From an uncultured delta proteobacterium (GTDB lineage Bacteria > Myxococcota_A > UBA9160 > SMWR01): a stretch of DNA of 64,000 bases. Below, one piece after another: positions 34,783 to 47,604 of the stretch; the first letter of the stretch is position 1; each line of letters opens with the position of its first letter. Both the position numbers and the translations under genes were made by a program. The notes beneath the pieces were generated by a model. The model was not told the DNA's origin, ran no database searches, and saw nothing but the letters and a program-made list of their open reading frames with translations. Location: the NCBI GenBank assembly GCA_963832165.1, contig CAWHTE010000007.1, positions 480,001 to 544,000 on the forward strand, given 5' to 3'.

Positions 34783-35373
34783 ATGCTGGACTCGAACGTT
34801 CTCGTACTCAATCGCTCGTATCTACCGATTCATGTCACATCGGTCCGGCGCGCCTTCTCTCTGATCTACCGCGGCACCGCGCTCGCGGTGAACGCGCGCT
34901 ACGAGACGTTCGACTTCGACGCCTGGCGGCGCGTCGAGGCCGACGGCGACGAGGGCGTCGGCACCCCCGACGGCTCGATCCGGGCGCCAAGAGTGATCCT
35001 GCTACAGGGCTACGACCGAGTGCCGAGGCGCCACGTGCGCTACAGCCGGCTCAACATCTTCGCACGCGACAACTACACGTGTCAGTACTGCGGCGGGAAG
35101 CCCCACCGCTCGAAGCTCAATCTCGACCACGTGATCCCGCGCTCGCTCGGCGGCCGCACCACCTGGGAGAACGTGGTGTGCAGCTGCATCGACTGCAATC
35201 GCCGCAAGGGTGGTCGCACGCCCACGCAGGCGCGTCTGCGACTGCAGCGCCGGCCGGTAAAGCCGAGCTGGACTCCGATGCTCACGCACATCGGTGCGAA
35301 GATACGCTACGAAGAGTGGCGGCCGTTCCTGCACATCGCGGCGCCGGAACCGGGGGTGGCGGCAGGAGGATGA
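34783..35373 (+). CDS. HNH endonuclease (McrA-like)
   Basis: VLVLN.SY.P, RDNYTCQYCG, DHVIPRSLGG..WENVVCSC..CNRRKG. Confidence 0.9.
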   Translation: MLDSNVLVLNRSYLPIHVTSVRRAFSLIYRGTALAVNARYETFDFDAWRRVEADGDEGVGTPDGSIRAPRVILLQGYDRVPRRHVRYSRLNIFARDNYTCQYCGGKPHRSKLNLDHVIPRSLGGRTTWENVVCSCIDCNRRKGGRTPTQARLRLQRRPVKPSWTPMLTHIGAKIRYEEWRPFLHIAAPEPGVAAGG

Positions 35374-35447
35374 AAATCTCGCGCGTTGTGGGCCGGGGGG
35401 TCCGCAACTGGCGCGCGCCGACGGGCGAGCGAACTGGGGGGTGAGAG

Positions 35448-36413
35448 GTGATCAGCGCGACGAACGAGGTACCGCCGGTATTCGGTGCGCCGCGCCTGAT
35501 TCCGTTCGGCGGCGGCAAGGGGGGCGTCGGCAAGACCTTCGTGGCGGCGAATCTCGCCACCACTCTGGCCAAGGCCGGACATCGCGTCGTGGCCGTCGAC
35601 GGCGATCTCGAGGGCGCCAATCTCCACACGGCGCTCGGCGTCCCGCGGCCGCGCACCAGTGTCGCGGAGTACGCCGCCGAGCGTGAAGAAGACGTGCGCA
35701 AGCTGCTCGAGGAGACGCCCTTCCCGAATCTGCGGCTGATCGCCGCAACGCGTCCGAACCTCGCCAACCCGCAGCCCTCGCACGCGCTGCGCGTGAAGTT
35801 CGTGCGCTCGCTGCGGACGCTCGACGCCGACTACGTGTTCATCGATCTCGGCGCGGGCGCCGACGCCACCGTCATGGACTACTTCATGGTCTGCGACGAC
35901 GGCGTCGTCGTGATCGCGCCCGAGCCCACCTCGGTGGAGAACGCCTATGCGTTCATGCGCGCGGCGTTCTACCGGCGGCTCAAGCTTTCGATGCTCTCGG
36001 CGGACGTGCGCAAGGTGATCGCGCTCGCGATGGACGAGCGCAATGAGCGCGGCATCCGCACGCCGCTGGATCTCTTGCGCGAGGTGAAGGCGATCGACAC
36101 CGAGGAGGCGCATCGCTTCGTCGAGGTGATGCGCGCGTTTCGGCCGCGCATCATCGTGAACGACGTGCGCACCGCCGAGGACATCCGGCTCGGCTTCTCC
36201 GTGCGCAGCGTGTGCCGCAAGTACTTTGCGATCGACGCAGACTATCTCGGCTACGTGAATCACGACGCCGCGGCGCGTGCCTCGGTGCGCGCGCGCCGGC
36301 CGCTGGTCGACTCCGACCCGCGCTCCGACGCGGCCGTCTACCTCGCGCGCATCGCGCGCAAGCTGATCGCGCCCCGCCTCGACGCCGCTACGGAAGTGAG
36401 TGCCTCGCTATGA
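35448..36413 (+). CDS. MinD/FlhG-like P-loop ATPase
   Basis: GGKGGVGKT deviant Walker A; DGDLEGANLH, IDLGAG and PEPTSVENAY. Confidence 0.88.
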   Translation: MISATNEVPPVFGAPRLIPFGGGKGGVGKTFVAANLATTLAKAGHRVVAVDGDLEGANLHTALGVPRPRTSVAEYAAEREEDVRKLLEETPFPNLRLIAATRPNLANPQPSHALRVKFVRSLRTLDADYVFIDLGAGADATVMDYFMVCDDGVVVIAPEPTSVENAYAFMRAAFYRRLKLSMLSADVRKVIALAMDERNERGIRTPLDLLREVKAIDTEEAHRFVEVMRAFRPRIIVNDVRTAEDIRLGFSVRSVCRKYFAIDADYLGYVNHDAAARASVRARRPLVDSDPRSDAAVYLARIARKLIAPRLDAATEVSASL

Positions 36414-37051
36414 AACCGGTCATCGAGCAGGACTACTACGAAACCCTCGACGTCCCGCGCAGCGCGGGCTGCGACGAGATCGAGCGCGCCTATCGCCTCG
36501 CCTGCGACACCTACTGCGAAGATTCGCTCGCGGGCTATCCCGTGTTCGAGATGGGCGACGTGGAGCTCTTGCGCGAGCGGATCGAGGTCGCGTATCGGAT
36601 CCTCGTCGACCCGGAGACACGGCGCGCGTACGACGTCGAGCTCTCCGCGCAACCGGTCGAAGCGCCGCCCGTGCTGCGCAGCGCCTCCGAGCCCTCGTTC
36701 GAGGGCGAGCCGGTGCGGCCCGCCGCGTCCGTACTCGCGCCGCTCGACACGCTCGACGAGCTCGAAGAGGGCGAGGGCGAGTGGACCGGCGCGCGCCTGC
36801 GGCGCGCGCGGCTGCGCCAGGGCATCGAGCTCGACGAGATCACCAAGATCACCAAGGTCAACCCCACCTACCTCGCATTCATCGAGGACGAGCGCTTCGA
36901 CGGTTTGCCGGCCGCGGTCTACGTGCGCGGGTTCGTGGTGGGTTATGCGACTTGTCTCGGCCTCGACGCGAAGCGCGTCGCAGCGAGCTACCTGCAGCGC
37001 TGCGAGGAGCGCAGGGGCGCCAGCAAGCGCCGCTTGTTCTCTCGCAAGTAA
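36410..37051 (+). CDS. J-domain-like (no HPD) plus RodZ-type HTH protein
   Basis: DYYETLDV..EIERAY..AYRIL.DP..RRAYD; GARLRRAR..YLAFIE..LPAAVYVRGF..YA..LGLD. Confidence 0.8.
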   Translation: MKPVIEQDYYETLDVPRSAGCDEIERAYRLACDTYCEDSLAGYPVFEMGDVELLRERIEVAYRILVDPETRRAYDVELSAQPVEAPPVLRSASEPSFEGEPVRPAASVLAPLDTLDELEEGEGEWTGARLRRARLRQGIELDEITKITKVNPTYLAFIEDERFDGLPAAVYVRGFVVGYATCLGLDAKRVAASYLQRCEERRGASKRRLFSRK

Positions 37052-37060
37052 GCGGGGGCT

Positions 37061-37993
37061 GTGGCGCCGCCGCGCTACCTCGTCGGAGAGAGCGAGGACG
37101 GACAGCGTCTCGACACCGCGCTCGCGAGCCTGGTGGGAGAGTCGCGCTCGCAGGCGCGGCGCTGGATCGACGAAGACCGCGTGCGCTGGAACGACCGCGC
37201 GGCCGCCGCGAGCCAGCTCGTCGCCGAGGGCGACTGGATCGACGCGTCGCCTCCCGACCCGATCCCCGCGCGCGCGCTGCCCGAGGCGATCCCGCTGTGC
37301 ATCCTCTACGAAGACTCGGCGATCGTGGTCGTGGACAAGTCGGCCGACATGGTCGTGCATCCGGGGCCGGGTCACGCGGGAGGAACCCTCGTGAACGCGC
37401 TGCTGCACCACTGCGACGACCTCGCGCCGGTCGGCGGCGTGCTGCGGCCCGGGATCGTGCACCGACTCGACCGCGGCACCTCGGGCGTGATCGTGGTGGC
37501 CAAGAACGACGACGCGCACCGCGCGCTCGCGCAGCAGTTCCAGGCGCACACGATCGAGCGCGTCTATCAGGCGCTCGTGCGCGGCATTCCCTCGAGCGAC
37601 TCGGGCAAGGTCGACGCCGCGATCGCGCGCCACCCGCGCGACCGCAAGCGCATGACCGTCGTGCGCGAGGGCGGGCGCGAGTCACGCACGCGCTGGACCG
37701 TCGCGCGGCGCTTCCCGAAGAGCGCGCGCAGCCTGCTCGAAGTGCGCCCCGAGACCGGGCGCACCCACCAGATCCGCGTGCACCTCGCGTCGGTCGGACT
37801 CCCGATCGCGGGCGATCCCGTCTACGGCCGCCGCGGGCGCGATCGCGCCGAGCCCGGCCTCGACCGCCCCGCGCTCCACGCGCGCGTGCTCGGCCTCGTG
37901 CATCCGCGCACGGGCGAGCGCGTGCGGTTCGAGGCCGAGCTGCCCGCGGACATGGCTCTGCGGATCGAAGCGCTCGAACGGCGGGAGCGATGA
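37061..37993 (+). CDS. rluD: RluA-family pseudouridine synthase (RluD)
   Basis: S4 domain; RPGIVHRLDRGTSG, TGRTHQIRVH, GDPVY and ALHA. Confidence 0.9.
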   Translation: MAPPRYLVGESEDGQRLDTALASLVGESRSQARRWIDEDRVRWNDRAAAASQLVAEGDWIDASPPDPIPARALPEAIPLCILYEDSAIVVVDKSADMVVHPGPGHAGGTLVNALLHHCDDLAPVGGVLRPGIVHRLDRGTSGVIVVAKNDDAHRALAQQFQAHTIERVYQALVRGIPSSDSGKVDAAIARHPRDRKRMTVVREGGRESRTRWTVARRFPKSARSLLEVRPETGRTHQIRVHLASVGLPIAGDPVYGRRGRDRAEPGLDRPALHARVLGLVHPRTGERVRFEAELPADMALRIEALERRER

Positions 37994-38637
37994 GCATCGA
38001 ACACCCGCTGCTGCGCGCGTGCGGTGTCCGCCACGGCTTCGGCACGCGCGGCGATGCACCGCCCGAAGACCTGGTGCGGCCGCGCCAGGTGCACGGCACC
38101 CGCGTCGCGAGCGCGCAGGAGTGCGCGGACGGCATCGACGCGGATGCTGTGGTGGCGCGCGCGGCCGCGCACCCCATCGGGGTGGTCACGGCCGACTGCG
38201 TGCCCGTGCTCGCCGCGAGCGCGGACGGTGGCGCCGTGGCCGCGATCCACGCGGGCTGGCGCGGGCTCGCGGCGGGCGTCATCGAGGCGGGGATCGACGC
38301 ACTGCGGCGTGAAGCACCGCGTCAGACGCTGCGCGCAGCGATCGGACCGCATATCGGCCCCTGTTGCTACGAAGTCGACGCGCCGGTTCTCGACGCACTG
38401 CGCCATTTCGGTGCGGATCTCGACGCGGCGCTTCGCGAAAGCCGGCCCGGTCATCACTGGCTCGATCTCGGCGCGCTCTCGCGCAGTGCGCTGCTACGCG
38501 CAGGCGTGTCGCCGGACGCGATCGGGGCGACCGCGCTCGCCTGCACATCGTGTGACGATCGGCGCTTTCATTCCTACCGGCGCGACGGGCCGCGCGCAGG
38601 ACGACTCGTACACTGGATCGCGGCTGCGAATCCTTGA
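37990..38637 (+). CDS. pgeF: PgeF/YfiH polyphenol-oxidase-like purine nucleoside phosphorylase
   Basis: QVHG, TADCVP, HAGWRG, GPHIGPCCYEV and FHSYRR. Confidence 0.9.
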   Translation: MSIEHPLLRACGVRHGFGTRGDAPPEDLVRPRQVHGTRVASAQECADGIDADAVVARAAAHPIGVVTADCVPVLAASADGGAVAAIHAGWRGLAAGVIEAGIDALRREAPRQTLRAAIGPHIGPCCYEVDAPVLDALRHFGADLDAALRESRPGHHWLDLGALSRSALLRAGVSPDAIGATALACTSCDDRRFHSYRRDGPRAGRLVHWIAAANP

Positions 38638-38662
38638 CAGTGTTGGAACCGACCCATAGCCT
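38634..38662 (+). promoter_or_regulatory. Sigma70 promoter of rho
   Basis: TTGACA-N17-TAGCCT. Confidence 0.65.
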
Positions 38663-38753
38663 CGCTCCTCCGATCCTCCGGTTGGGTCGCCGAGTCGCGC
38701 ATCCAACCCCCTAATCCCAACCAATTCGATTTCCTGACTCGGCACCGAAGCGC

Positions 38754-40268
38754 ATGGGCGCGCGCTCGTGCCGCTCGTGCCGAGTCTCACTGCGCGAGCG
38801 GAACGACCGCGGGGAGCGTCATCTGAGCACCGGGCCCACCGAGAATCCGACCTCCACCGAGTCGCGCGTGCGGCGCGTGACTCGTCGTGCGCGCGGAAAC
38901 GGCGGCAACGGCAACGGTGCACCCGGATCGGGGAGCGAATCCGAGACGCGCGAGATCGCCGCAGAGCTCGAGGAAGACGCCGAGCTCGAGTTCGACGCGG
39001 ACGCGGGCGAGTCTCCGCAGCTCGACGTGAAGCAGCTCAAGGAGAAGTCGCTCTTCGAGCTCGCAGCGCTCGCGGACGAGCTCCACGTCGAGAACGCCGC
39101 GGGCATGCGCCTGCAGGACCTCGTGTTTGCGATCTTGAAGGCGCAGGCGGCCAAGCGCGGGCGCATCTACGCCGAGGGCGTGCTCGAGACGCTGCCCGAC
39201 GGCTTCGGATTCCTGCGCGCGCCCGACCAGAACTACCTCGCGGGCCCCGACGACATCTACGTCTCGCCCTCGCAGATCCGGCGCTTCAACCTGCGCACGG
39301 GCGACACGGTGACGGGTCAGATCCGGCCGCCGAAGGAGGGCGAGCGCTATTTCGCGCTGCTCAAGGTCGACCAGATCAACTTCGAGGCGCCCGAAGCGGC
39401 GAAGCACAAGATCCTGTTCGACAACCTCACGCCGCTGTACCCGCAGGAGAAGTTCCGGCTCGAGGCGAAGTCGGGCGGCCTCACCACGCGCATCATCGAT
39501 CTGATCGCGCCGATCGGGAAGGGTCAGCGCGCATTGATCACGTCGCCGCCCAAGGCCGGCAAGACGATGATCCTCAAGGCGATCGCGAACGCGATCGCCG
39601 AGAACCACCCCGAGGCCTACCTGATCGTGCTCTTGATCGACGAGCGGCCCGAGGAAGTGACCGACATGGAGCGCAACGTCCGCGCCGAGGTGATCTCGTC
39701 GACCTTCGACGAGCCGGCCACGCGCCACGTGCAGGTCGCCGACATGGTGATCGACAAGGCGCGCCGACTCGTCGAGCACCGCCGCGACGTCGTGATCCTG
39801 CTCGACTCGATCACGCGGCTCGCGCGCGCCCACAACACGGTGGCGCCGCACTCGGGCAAGATCCTCTCGGGCGGCGTCGATTCGAACGCGCTGCACAAGC
39901 CGAAGCGCTTCTTCGGCGCGGCGCGCAACCTCGAAGAGGGCGGCAGCCTCACGATCATCGGCACCGCGCTGATCGAGACCGGATCGCGCATGGACGAGGT
40001 GATCTTCGAGGAGTTCAAGGGCACGGGGAACAGCGAGATCGTGCTCGACCGCAAGCTCGCCGATCGCCGCACCTATCCCGCGATCGACATCAACCGCTCC
40101 GCGACGCGACGCGAAGAGCTGCTCATGACCGAGTCCACGCTCAACCGGATGTACATCCTGCGCAAGGTGCTCGCGCCGCTGAACCCGGTCGACTCGATGG
40201 AGTTCCTGCTCGAGAAGGTGAAGATCAGCGAGACCAACGACGAGTTTCTCGCCTCGATGAATTCATAA
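38754..40268 (+). CDS. rho: Transcription termination factor Rho (start uncertain; possibly CTG at 38823)
   Basis: [44 protein letters not shown] and EEFKGTGN. Confidence 0.97.
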   Translation: MGARSCRSCRVSLRERNDRGERHLSTGPTENPTSTESRVRRVTRRARGNGGNGNGAPGSGSESETREIAAELEEDAELEFDADAGESPQLDVKQLKEKSLFELAALADELHVENAAGMRLQDLVFAILKAQAAKRGRIYAEGVLETLPDGFGFLRAPDQNYLAGPDDIYVSPSQIRRFNLRTGDTVTGQIRPPKEGERYFALLKVDQINFEAPEAAKHKILFDNLTPLYPQEKFRLEAKSGGLTTRIIDLIAPIGKGQRALITSPPKAGKTMILKAIANAIAENHPEAYLIVLLIDERPEEVTDMERNVRAEVISSTFDEPATRHVQVADMVIDKARRLVEHRRDVVILLDSITRLARAHNTVAPHSGKILSGGVDSNALHKPKRFFGAARNLEEGGSLTIIGTALIETGSRMDEVIFEEFKGTGNSEIVLDRKLADRRTYPAIDINRSATRREELLMTESTLNRMYILRKVLAPLNPVDSMEFLLEKVKISETNDEFLASMNS

Positions 40269-40291
40269 GGCTGACGGCCTTCGGGTTCGCC

Positions 40292-41333
<1,042 letters not shown>

Positions 41334-41341
<8 letters not shown>

Positions 41342-42308
41342 CGCATCGGCCGGCCAAGTCGACACCCGCGAGCAGGTCTGGACCGTGCTCGACCTGCTGC
41401 GCTGGACCACCGAGCACTTCCGCGAGCGCGGCATCGACACGCCGCGGCTCGACGCGGAGTGTCTGCTCGCGCATGCGCTCGGCTGCGACCGCCTGCGCCT
41501 CTACCTCGAGTTCGACAAGCCGATCCTCGAGCGCGAGCGCGCGCAGTTCCGCTCGCTCGTGCGCGCGCGCGGCCGCGAGCGCGTGCCGGTCGCGCAGCTC
41601 ACGGGTCAGCGAGAGTTCTGGTCGCTGCCGTTGCGCGTGAGCCCGCAGGTGCTGATCCCGCGCCCCGACACCGAGACGCTCGTGGCGGCCGCGCTCGATC
41701 TGCTGCCCGAGCCGGCCGCGCCCGTGCGCGTGCTCGACCTGGGCACGGGCAGCGGCGCCGTGGCGCTCGCGATCGCCCAGGAGCGCCCGCGGGCCCGGAT
41801 CGTGGCCACCGACCGCTCGCCCGAGGCACTCAAAATCGCGCAACAAAATGCCGAAACACTTGGAATGGCAGCTCGAATCGATTTCCTGCGGGGAGACTGG
41901 TGCGCCCCGCTCGCGGCCGGCTTCGACTGCGTGGTGGCCAACCCGCCCTACCTCGCGGAAGCGGAGCGCGGGGGGCTGGCCCCCGAGCTGGCCCACGAGC
42001 CCGCCTCCGCGCTGTTCGCGGGGCCGACGGGCTTGGAGGTACTGGAGCTCCTGTCCCGCGAGGTCCCCGCACTGCTGACCGAGCGCGGCGGGCTCGCATT
42101 CGAGCTCGCTCCGGGCCAGGCCAAGCAGGTGCAGGCGTGGCTCGAGCAGGCCGGTCTGACCACCGCCGTGCACCGCGACCTCGCGGGCCGCGCGCGCGTG
42201 GTCTCGGGTCGTCGGCAAGTCTCGCGCAGCGAGCCGGAGGCGAGCGAAGGCCATCGGGGGGGCGCCCCGGAACGCCCCGACCGGCGTTACGTTTCCGGCG
42301 GGGGGTAG
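41334..42308 (+). CDS. prmC: Release factor glutamine methyltransferase
   Basis: [16 protein letters not shown] and NPPY; repeat-derived C-terminal extension. Confidence 0.94.
42215..42255 (+). repeat. Dispersed REP-like repeat, copy C (inside the prmC 3' end)
   Basis: GCAAGTCTCGCGCAGCGAGCCGGAGGCGAGCGAAGGCCATC. Confidence 0.75.
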
Positions 42309-42310
42309 GA

Positions 42311-43570
42311 ATGGATCGGATCGTCGTCCGGGGCCGCGGCTCGCTGCATGGCGAGATCGAGGCCTCCGGCTCCAAGAATTCGACGCTCGCGCTGATGGCG
42401 GGCGCGCTGCTCGCGCGCGGCGAGACGGTGCTGTCGAACGTGCCGCGTCTGCGCGACGTCGGGGCGATGCTCGAGATCCTGCGCGCGCTCGGCGCGCGCG
42501 CGCAGTGGGATCCCGACGACGAGCACACGGTGCGGATCGACGCGAGCACGATCCGCAACCCCGAGGCGCCCTACGACCTCGTGCGCAAGATGCGCGCGTC
42601 GTTCCTCGTGCTCGGCCCGCTGCTCGCGCGCTTCGGCGCCGCGCGCGTGTCCGAGCCCGGCGGCTGTGCAATCGGTGTGCGGCCCGTCGATCAGCACCTG
42701 AAGGGTCTGCGCGCGCTGGGCGCGAAGCTCACGCTCGACCACGGCTACGTCGAGGCCACCGCGGCACGACTCGTCGGCGGGCGCGTCACGTTCGATCTCA
42801 CCACGGTGAACGGCACGCAGAACGTGCTCATGGCCGCGTGCCTCGCCGAAGGCGAGACCGTGATCGAGAACGCGGCGCGCGAGCCCGAGGTCATGGAGCT
42901 CGCGCACGTGCTGCAGAAGATGGGCGCAGAGATCCACGGCGCGGGCAGCGACCGGATCGTGGTCCAGGGCGTCGCCGTGCTGCGCGGCGTCCGGCACCGC
43001 GTGGCCGGCGATCGCATCGAGGCGGGGACGCTGCTCGCGGCCGCGGTCACCACGGGCGGTGAGATTCGCGTGCTGGGTGTGGATCCCGCCGACATGCAGG
43101 CGACGCTCGACAAGCTCGCCGAGTGCGGCGCCGAGATCGAGACCGATCCGACCAGCGTGCACCTGCGCATGACGCACAAACCGCTGCCGCTCCAGGTCAC
43201 TACGGCGCCGTTCCCGGGATTTCCCACCGACATGCAGGCGCAGCTCATGGCGACGCTGTGCGTCGGGCAGGGCGCCTCCGTGGTCACCGAGCGCGTATTC
43301 GAGAACCGTTTCATGCACGTGCCCGAGCTTCAGCGCATGGGCGCAGACATCACGCTCTCGGGCCGCTCCGCGCACGTGCGCGGCGTGGCGCGCCTCTCTG
43401 GCGCGCAGGTGATGGCCACCGATCTGCGCGCTTCGGCCGGTCTGGTCGTGGCGGCACTCGCCGCGGAAGGCGAAACTATCATCAACCGCGTCTATCACAT
43501 CGATCGCGGCTACGAGCGCATCGAGGAGAAGCTCCGCCGCCTCGGTGCGGAGATCAGGCGGGAGGGGTGA
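42311..43570 (+). CDS. murA: UDP-N-acetylglucosamine 1-carboxyvinyltransferase
   Basis: SGSKN, RASFLVLGPL, PGGCAIG.RP, FPTDMQ and DLRA. Confidence 0.97.
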   Translation: MDRIVVRGRGSLHGEIEASGSKNSTLALMAGALLARGETVLSNVPRLRDVGAMLEILRALGARAQWDPDDEHTVRIDASTIRNPEAPYDLVRKMRASFLVLGPLLARFGAARVSEPGGCAIGVRPVDQHLKGLRALGAKLTLDHGYVEATAARLVGGRVTFDLTTVNGTQNVLMAACLAEGETVIENAAREPEVMELAHVLQKMGAEIHGAGSDRIVVQGVAVLRGVRHRVAGDRIEAGTLLAAAVTTGGEIRVLGVDPADMQATLDKLAECGAEIETDPTSVHLRMTHKPLPLQVTTAPFPGFPTDMQAQLMATLCVGQGASVVTERVFENRFMHVPELQRMGADITLSGRSAHVRGVARLSGAQVMATDLRASAGLVVAALAAEGETIINRVYHIDRGYERIEEKLRRLGAEIRREG

Positions 43571-43572
43571 CG

Positions 43573-44942
<1,370 letters not shown>

Positions 44943-44946
<4 letters not shown>

Positions 44947-45536
44947 GCGAGCGGCGCCGCGCGAGCATCCAGCGCAAGACCAAAGAGACGGAGATCCGCG
45001 TCGCGATCGATCTCGACGGCAGCGGCAGCTACCAGGTCTCCACGGGGATCCCGTTCTTCGATCACATGCTCGAGTCGTTCGCGAAGCACGGCGTGTTCGA
45101 CCTCGAGCTCGTGGCCACGGGCGATCTCGCGGTCGACCTGCATCATACGGTCGAGGACGTCGGCATCACACTCGGGCAGGCGGTGCGCGAGGCGATCGGC
45201 GACGCGAGCGGCATCCGCCGCTACGGAACGCAGATCCTGCCGATGGCCGAGACGAAGGTCGAAGTGGCGGTCGACGTCTCGAACCGCCCCTATCTCGTCT
45301 ACCGCGTGAAGCTCGACCACTCGATGATCGGCACGTTCGATGGTCGTCTCACCGAAGACTTCCTGTACGCGTTCGCGCACAACGCCGGGCTCGATCTGCA
45401 CGTGGATCTCCGTTACGGGGAGAGCCCGCACCACGTGGTGGAGGCGGTGTTCAAAGGTGTCGCGCGCGCGCTGCGCATCGCACTCGAGCGCGACCCGCGC
45501 GGCGTGGGACTCCCGACGGTCAAGGGCGCGTTGTAA
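44943..45536 (+). CDS. hisB: Imidazoleglycerol-phosphate dehydratase
   Basis: RKTKET, FFDHML, HHTVED, HHVVE and PTVKG. Confidence 0.95.
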
Positions 45537-45581
45537 CCGCTCCGGCGCCTAATCCGCCCTGCGACCCGCTATCGTTCGTGC

Positions 45582-46235
45582 GTGAGCCCCCCCTCCTCCT
45601 CCGCTCCGCGCATTGCGGTCGTCGACTACGGCGCCGGCAATCTGCGCAGTGTGTCGCGCGCGCTCGAGCGATCGGGGCTCGCGCCCGACGTCACGAGCAG
45701 CGCCACGGCGGTGCGCGAGGCCGACGGCGTCGTGCTGCCGGGCGTGGGCGCGTTCCGCGACGCCGTGTCGAAGCTCGCGGCGAGCGGACTCGACAAAGCC
45801 GTGCGCGACTCGATCGAGGCGGGCCGCCCCTATCTCGGCCTGTGCCTCGGGCTCCAGCTCCTGTTCGAAGAGAGCGACGAGCACGGCATCACGCCGGGTT
45901 TCGGGCTGCTCGCGGGCCGCGTCGAGCGTTTCCCGGATCCGGGGACACCGGGTGCACCCGAGCGCGTGCCGCACATCGGCTGGAACGACGTGCGCTTCCA
46001 GGGCGATCACGCGCTCACGCAGCGGCTGCCGCGCCGTGACAACTTCTACTTCGTGCACTCGTACTTCGCGATGCCGCGCGACCCCGCAATCGTCGCGGGC
46101 GTGGTGGACTACGGCGCGCCGTTCGCGGCGGCCGTCGCCGTCGACAACGTGTTCGCAGTGCAGTTCCACCCGGAGAAGAGCCAGACGTCCGGTCGCACGG
46201 TCCTCGACGCGTTTCGCGCCTGGGTGACGGCGTGA
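45582..46235 (+). CDS. hisH: Imidazole glycerol phosphate synthase, glutaminase subunit
   Basis: DYGAGNL, PGVG, GLCLGLQ, PHIGWN, YFVHSY and QFHPEKS. Confidence 0.96.
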   Translation: MSPPSSSAPRIAVVDYGAGNLRSVSRALERSGLAPDVTSSATAVREADGVVLPGVGAFRDAVSKLAASGLDKAVRDSIEAGRPYLGLCLGLQLLFEESDEHGITPGFGLLAGRVERFPDPGTPGAPERVPHIGWNDVRFQGDHALTQRLPRRDNFYFVHSYFAMPRDPAIVAGVVDYGAPFAAAVAVDNVFAVQFHPEKSQTSGRTVLDAFRAWVTA

Positions 46236-46864
46236 GGCGTGTGCTCGCATGCGCAATCGCGCTGGGCGGACTTGCGTGCGCGGGTCCGATCGTCGAGGAC
46301 GAGGTGCACGACGTCGATCCGAAGACGCTCGCGCGCATCGCGGTGGTGCCATTCCTTCCCGCGCCCGACTTCCGCGGCAGCGGCGACCCCGGCGTGAGCG
46401 GCGGCGAAGCCGCCGACGCGGCCGCGGTCGTATCGCGCATCGCGAGCGAAGCGCTGGCCAGCGCGGGCTTCGAGGTGATCTCCGCGAGCGACGTCGTGCG
46501 GGTGTTCGAGGCCGCGGGCAAGTCCGTGCCGCACGGCGACGACGCCGCGTTCACGGACGGCGTCGCGCGCGAATTCGGCGCGACCTCGGCGCTATTCGGC
46601 AAGGTGTACCGATACCGCGAGCGGCGCGGCGGCGAGCTCGGCGCGACGCGTCCCGCGAGCGTGGGCATCGAGCTCACGCTGCGAACCGCGCCCGGTACGC
46701 GCGTGCTCTGGACCGCGCGCTTCGACCACACCCAGGTCGCGGTGTCCGAGAACGCGCTCGAGGCGCGCCGCTATCCCGCTGCGGGTTCGCGCTGGATGTC
46801 GGCCGCCGAGCTCACGCGATGGGGCCTCGACGCGGCGGCCGGGCAGCTCAAGAAACTGCGATGA
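46232..46864 (+). CDS. Hypothetical lipoprotein (CsgG/DUF799-like fold suspected)
   Basis: Signal peptide with GLAC lipobox; RIAVVPF..LFGKV..VLW pattern; translationally coupled on both sides. Confidence 0.65.
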   Translation: MRRVLACAIALGGLACAGPIVEDEVHDVDPKTLARIAVVPFLPAPDFRGSGDPGVSGGEAADAAAVVSRIASEALASAGFEVISASDVVRVFEAAGKSVPHGDDAAFTDGVAREFGATSALFGKVYRYRERRGGELGATRPASVGIELTLRTAPGTRVLWTARFDHTQVAVSENALEARRYPAAGSRWMSAAELTRWGLDAAAGQLKKLR

Positions 46865-47604
46865 CCACGCGCTTCGAGTTGATCCCGGCGATCGACCTGC
46901 TCGGCGGCGAATGCGTTCGCCTCGCGCAGGGCCGCTACGACGCGGCCACCGTCTACGAGTCCGACCCGGCCGCCGCGGCGCGCCGCTTCGCCGCACACGC
47001 GGTGCCGCGCCTGCACGTGGTCGACCTCGACGGCGCGCGCGCGGGCAGACCGATCAACACCGAGGCTGTACGCGCGATCGCCGCAGCCGTCGGCGCACTG
47101 CCCGTGCAGCTCGGGGGCGGCCTGCGCGACATCTCCGCGGTCGAGGCCGCGTTCGGCGCGGGCGTGGACCGCGTCGTGCTCGGCACCGCGGCGCTGCGCG
47201 ATCCCGAGCTCGTGCGCAGCGCGGCGCGGAGGTTCCCCGGGCGGATCGCGGTCGGACTCGATGCGAAGGACGGCCGCGTTTCGGTCGAGGGCTGGCTCGA
47301 GACGGGCGAAGCGACCGTGATCGAGATTGCGAAGCGCTTCGAGGACGCGGGCGTGGCCGCGCTCGTGCACACGGACATCGCGCGCGACGGCATGCTCGCG
47401 GGTCCCAACCTCGAGGCGAGCGCCGAGCTCGCCGACGCGGTGAGCATCCCCGTGATCGTCTCGGGCGGCATGTCGAGTGAAGACGATCTCGTCGCCGCAG
47501 CGCGCGAGAGCGCGCGCGGGATCGCGGGTGCGATCGTGGGCCGCGCGCTCTACACGGGCGCGATCGACCTCTCTTCGGCGCTGCGGCGCCTCGCGAGCCT
47601 GTGA
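46861..47604 (+). CDS. hisA: ProFAR isomerase
   Basis: [29 protein letters not shown] and [12 protein letters not shown]. Confidence 0.96.
   Translation: MTTRFELIPAIDLLGGECVRLAQGRYDAATVYESDPAAAARRFAAHAVPRLHVVDLDGARAGRPINTEAVRAIAAAVGALPVQLGGGLRDISAVEAAFGAGVDRVVLGTAALRDPELVRSAARRFPGRIAVGLDAKDGRVSVEGWLETGEATVIEIAKRFEDAGVAALVHTDIARDGMLAGPNLEASAELADAVSIPVIVSGGMSSEDDLVAAARESARGIAGAIVGRALYTGAIDLSSALRRLASL

Noticed and set aside
34783..35373. HNH nuclease as a Cas9/IscB or restriction-defence system
   Set aside because: A short stand-alone McrA-like protein in a housekeeping operon, with no RuvC domain, array, methylase or ncRNA nearby.
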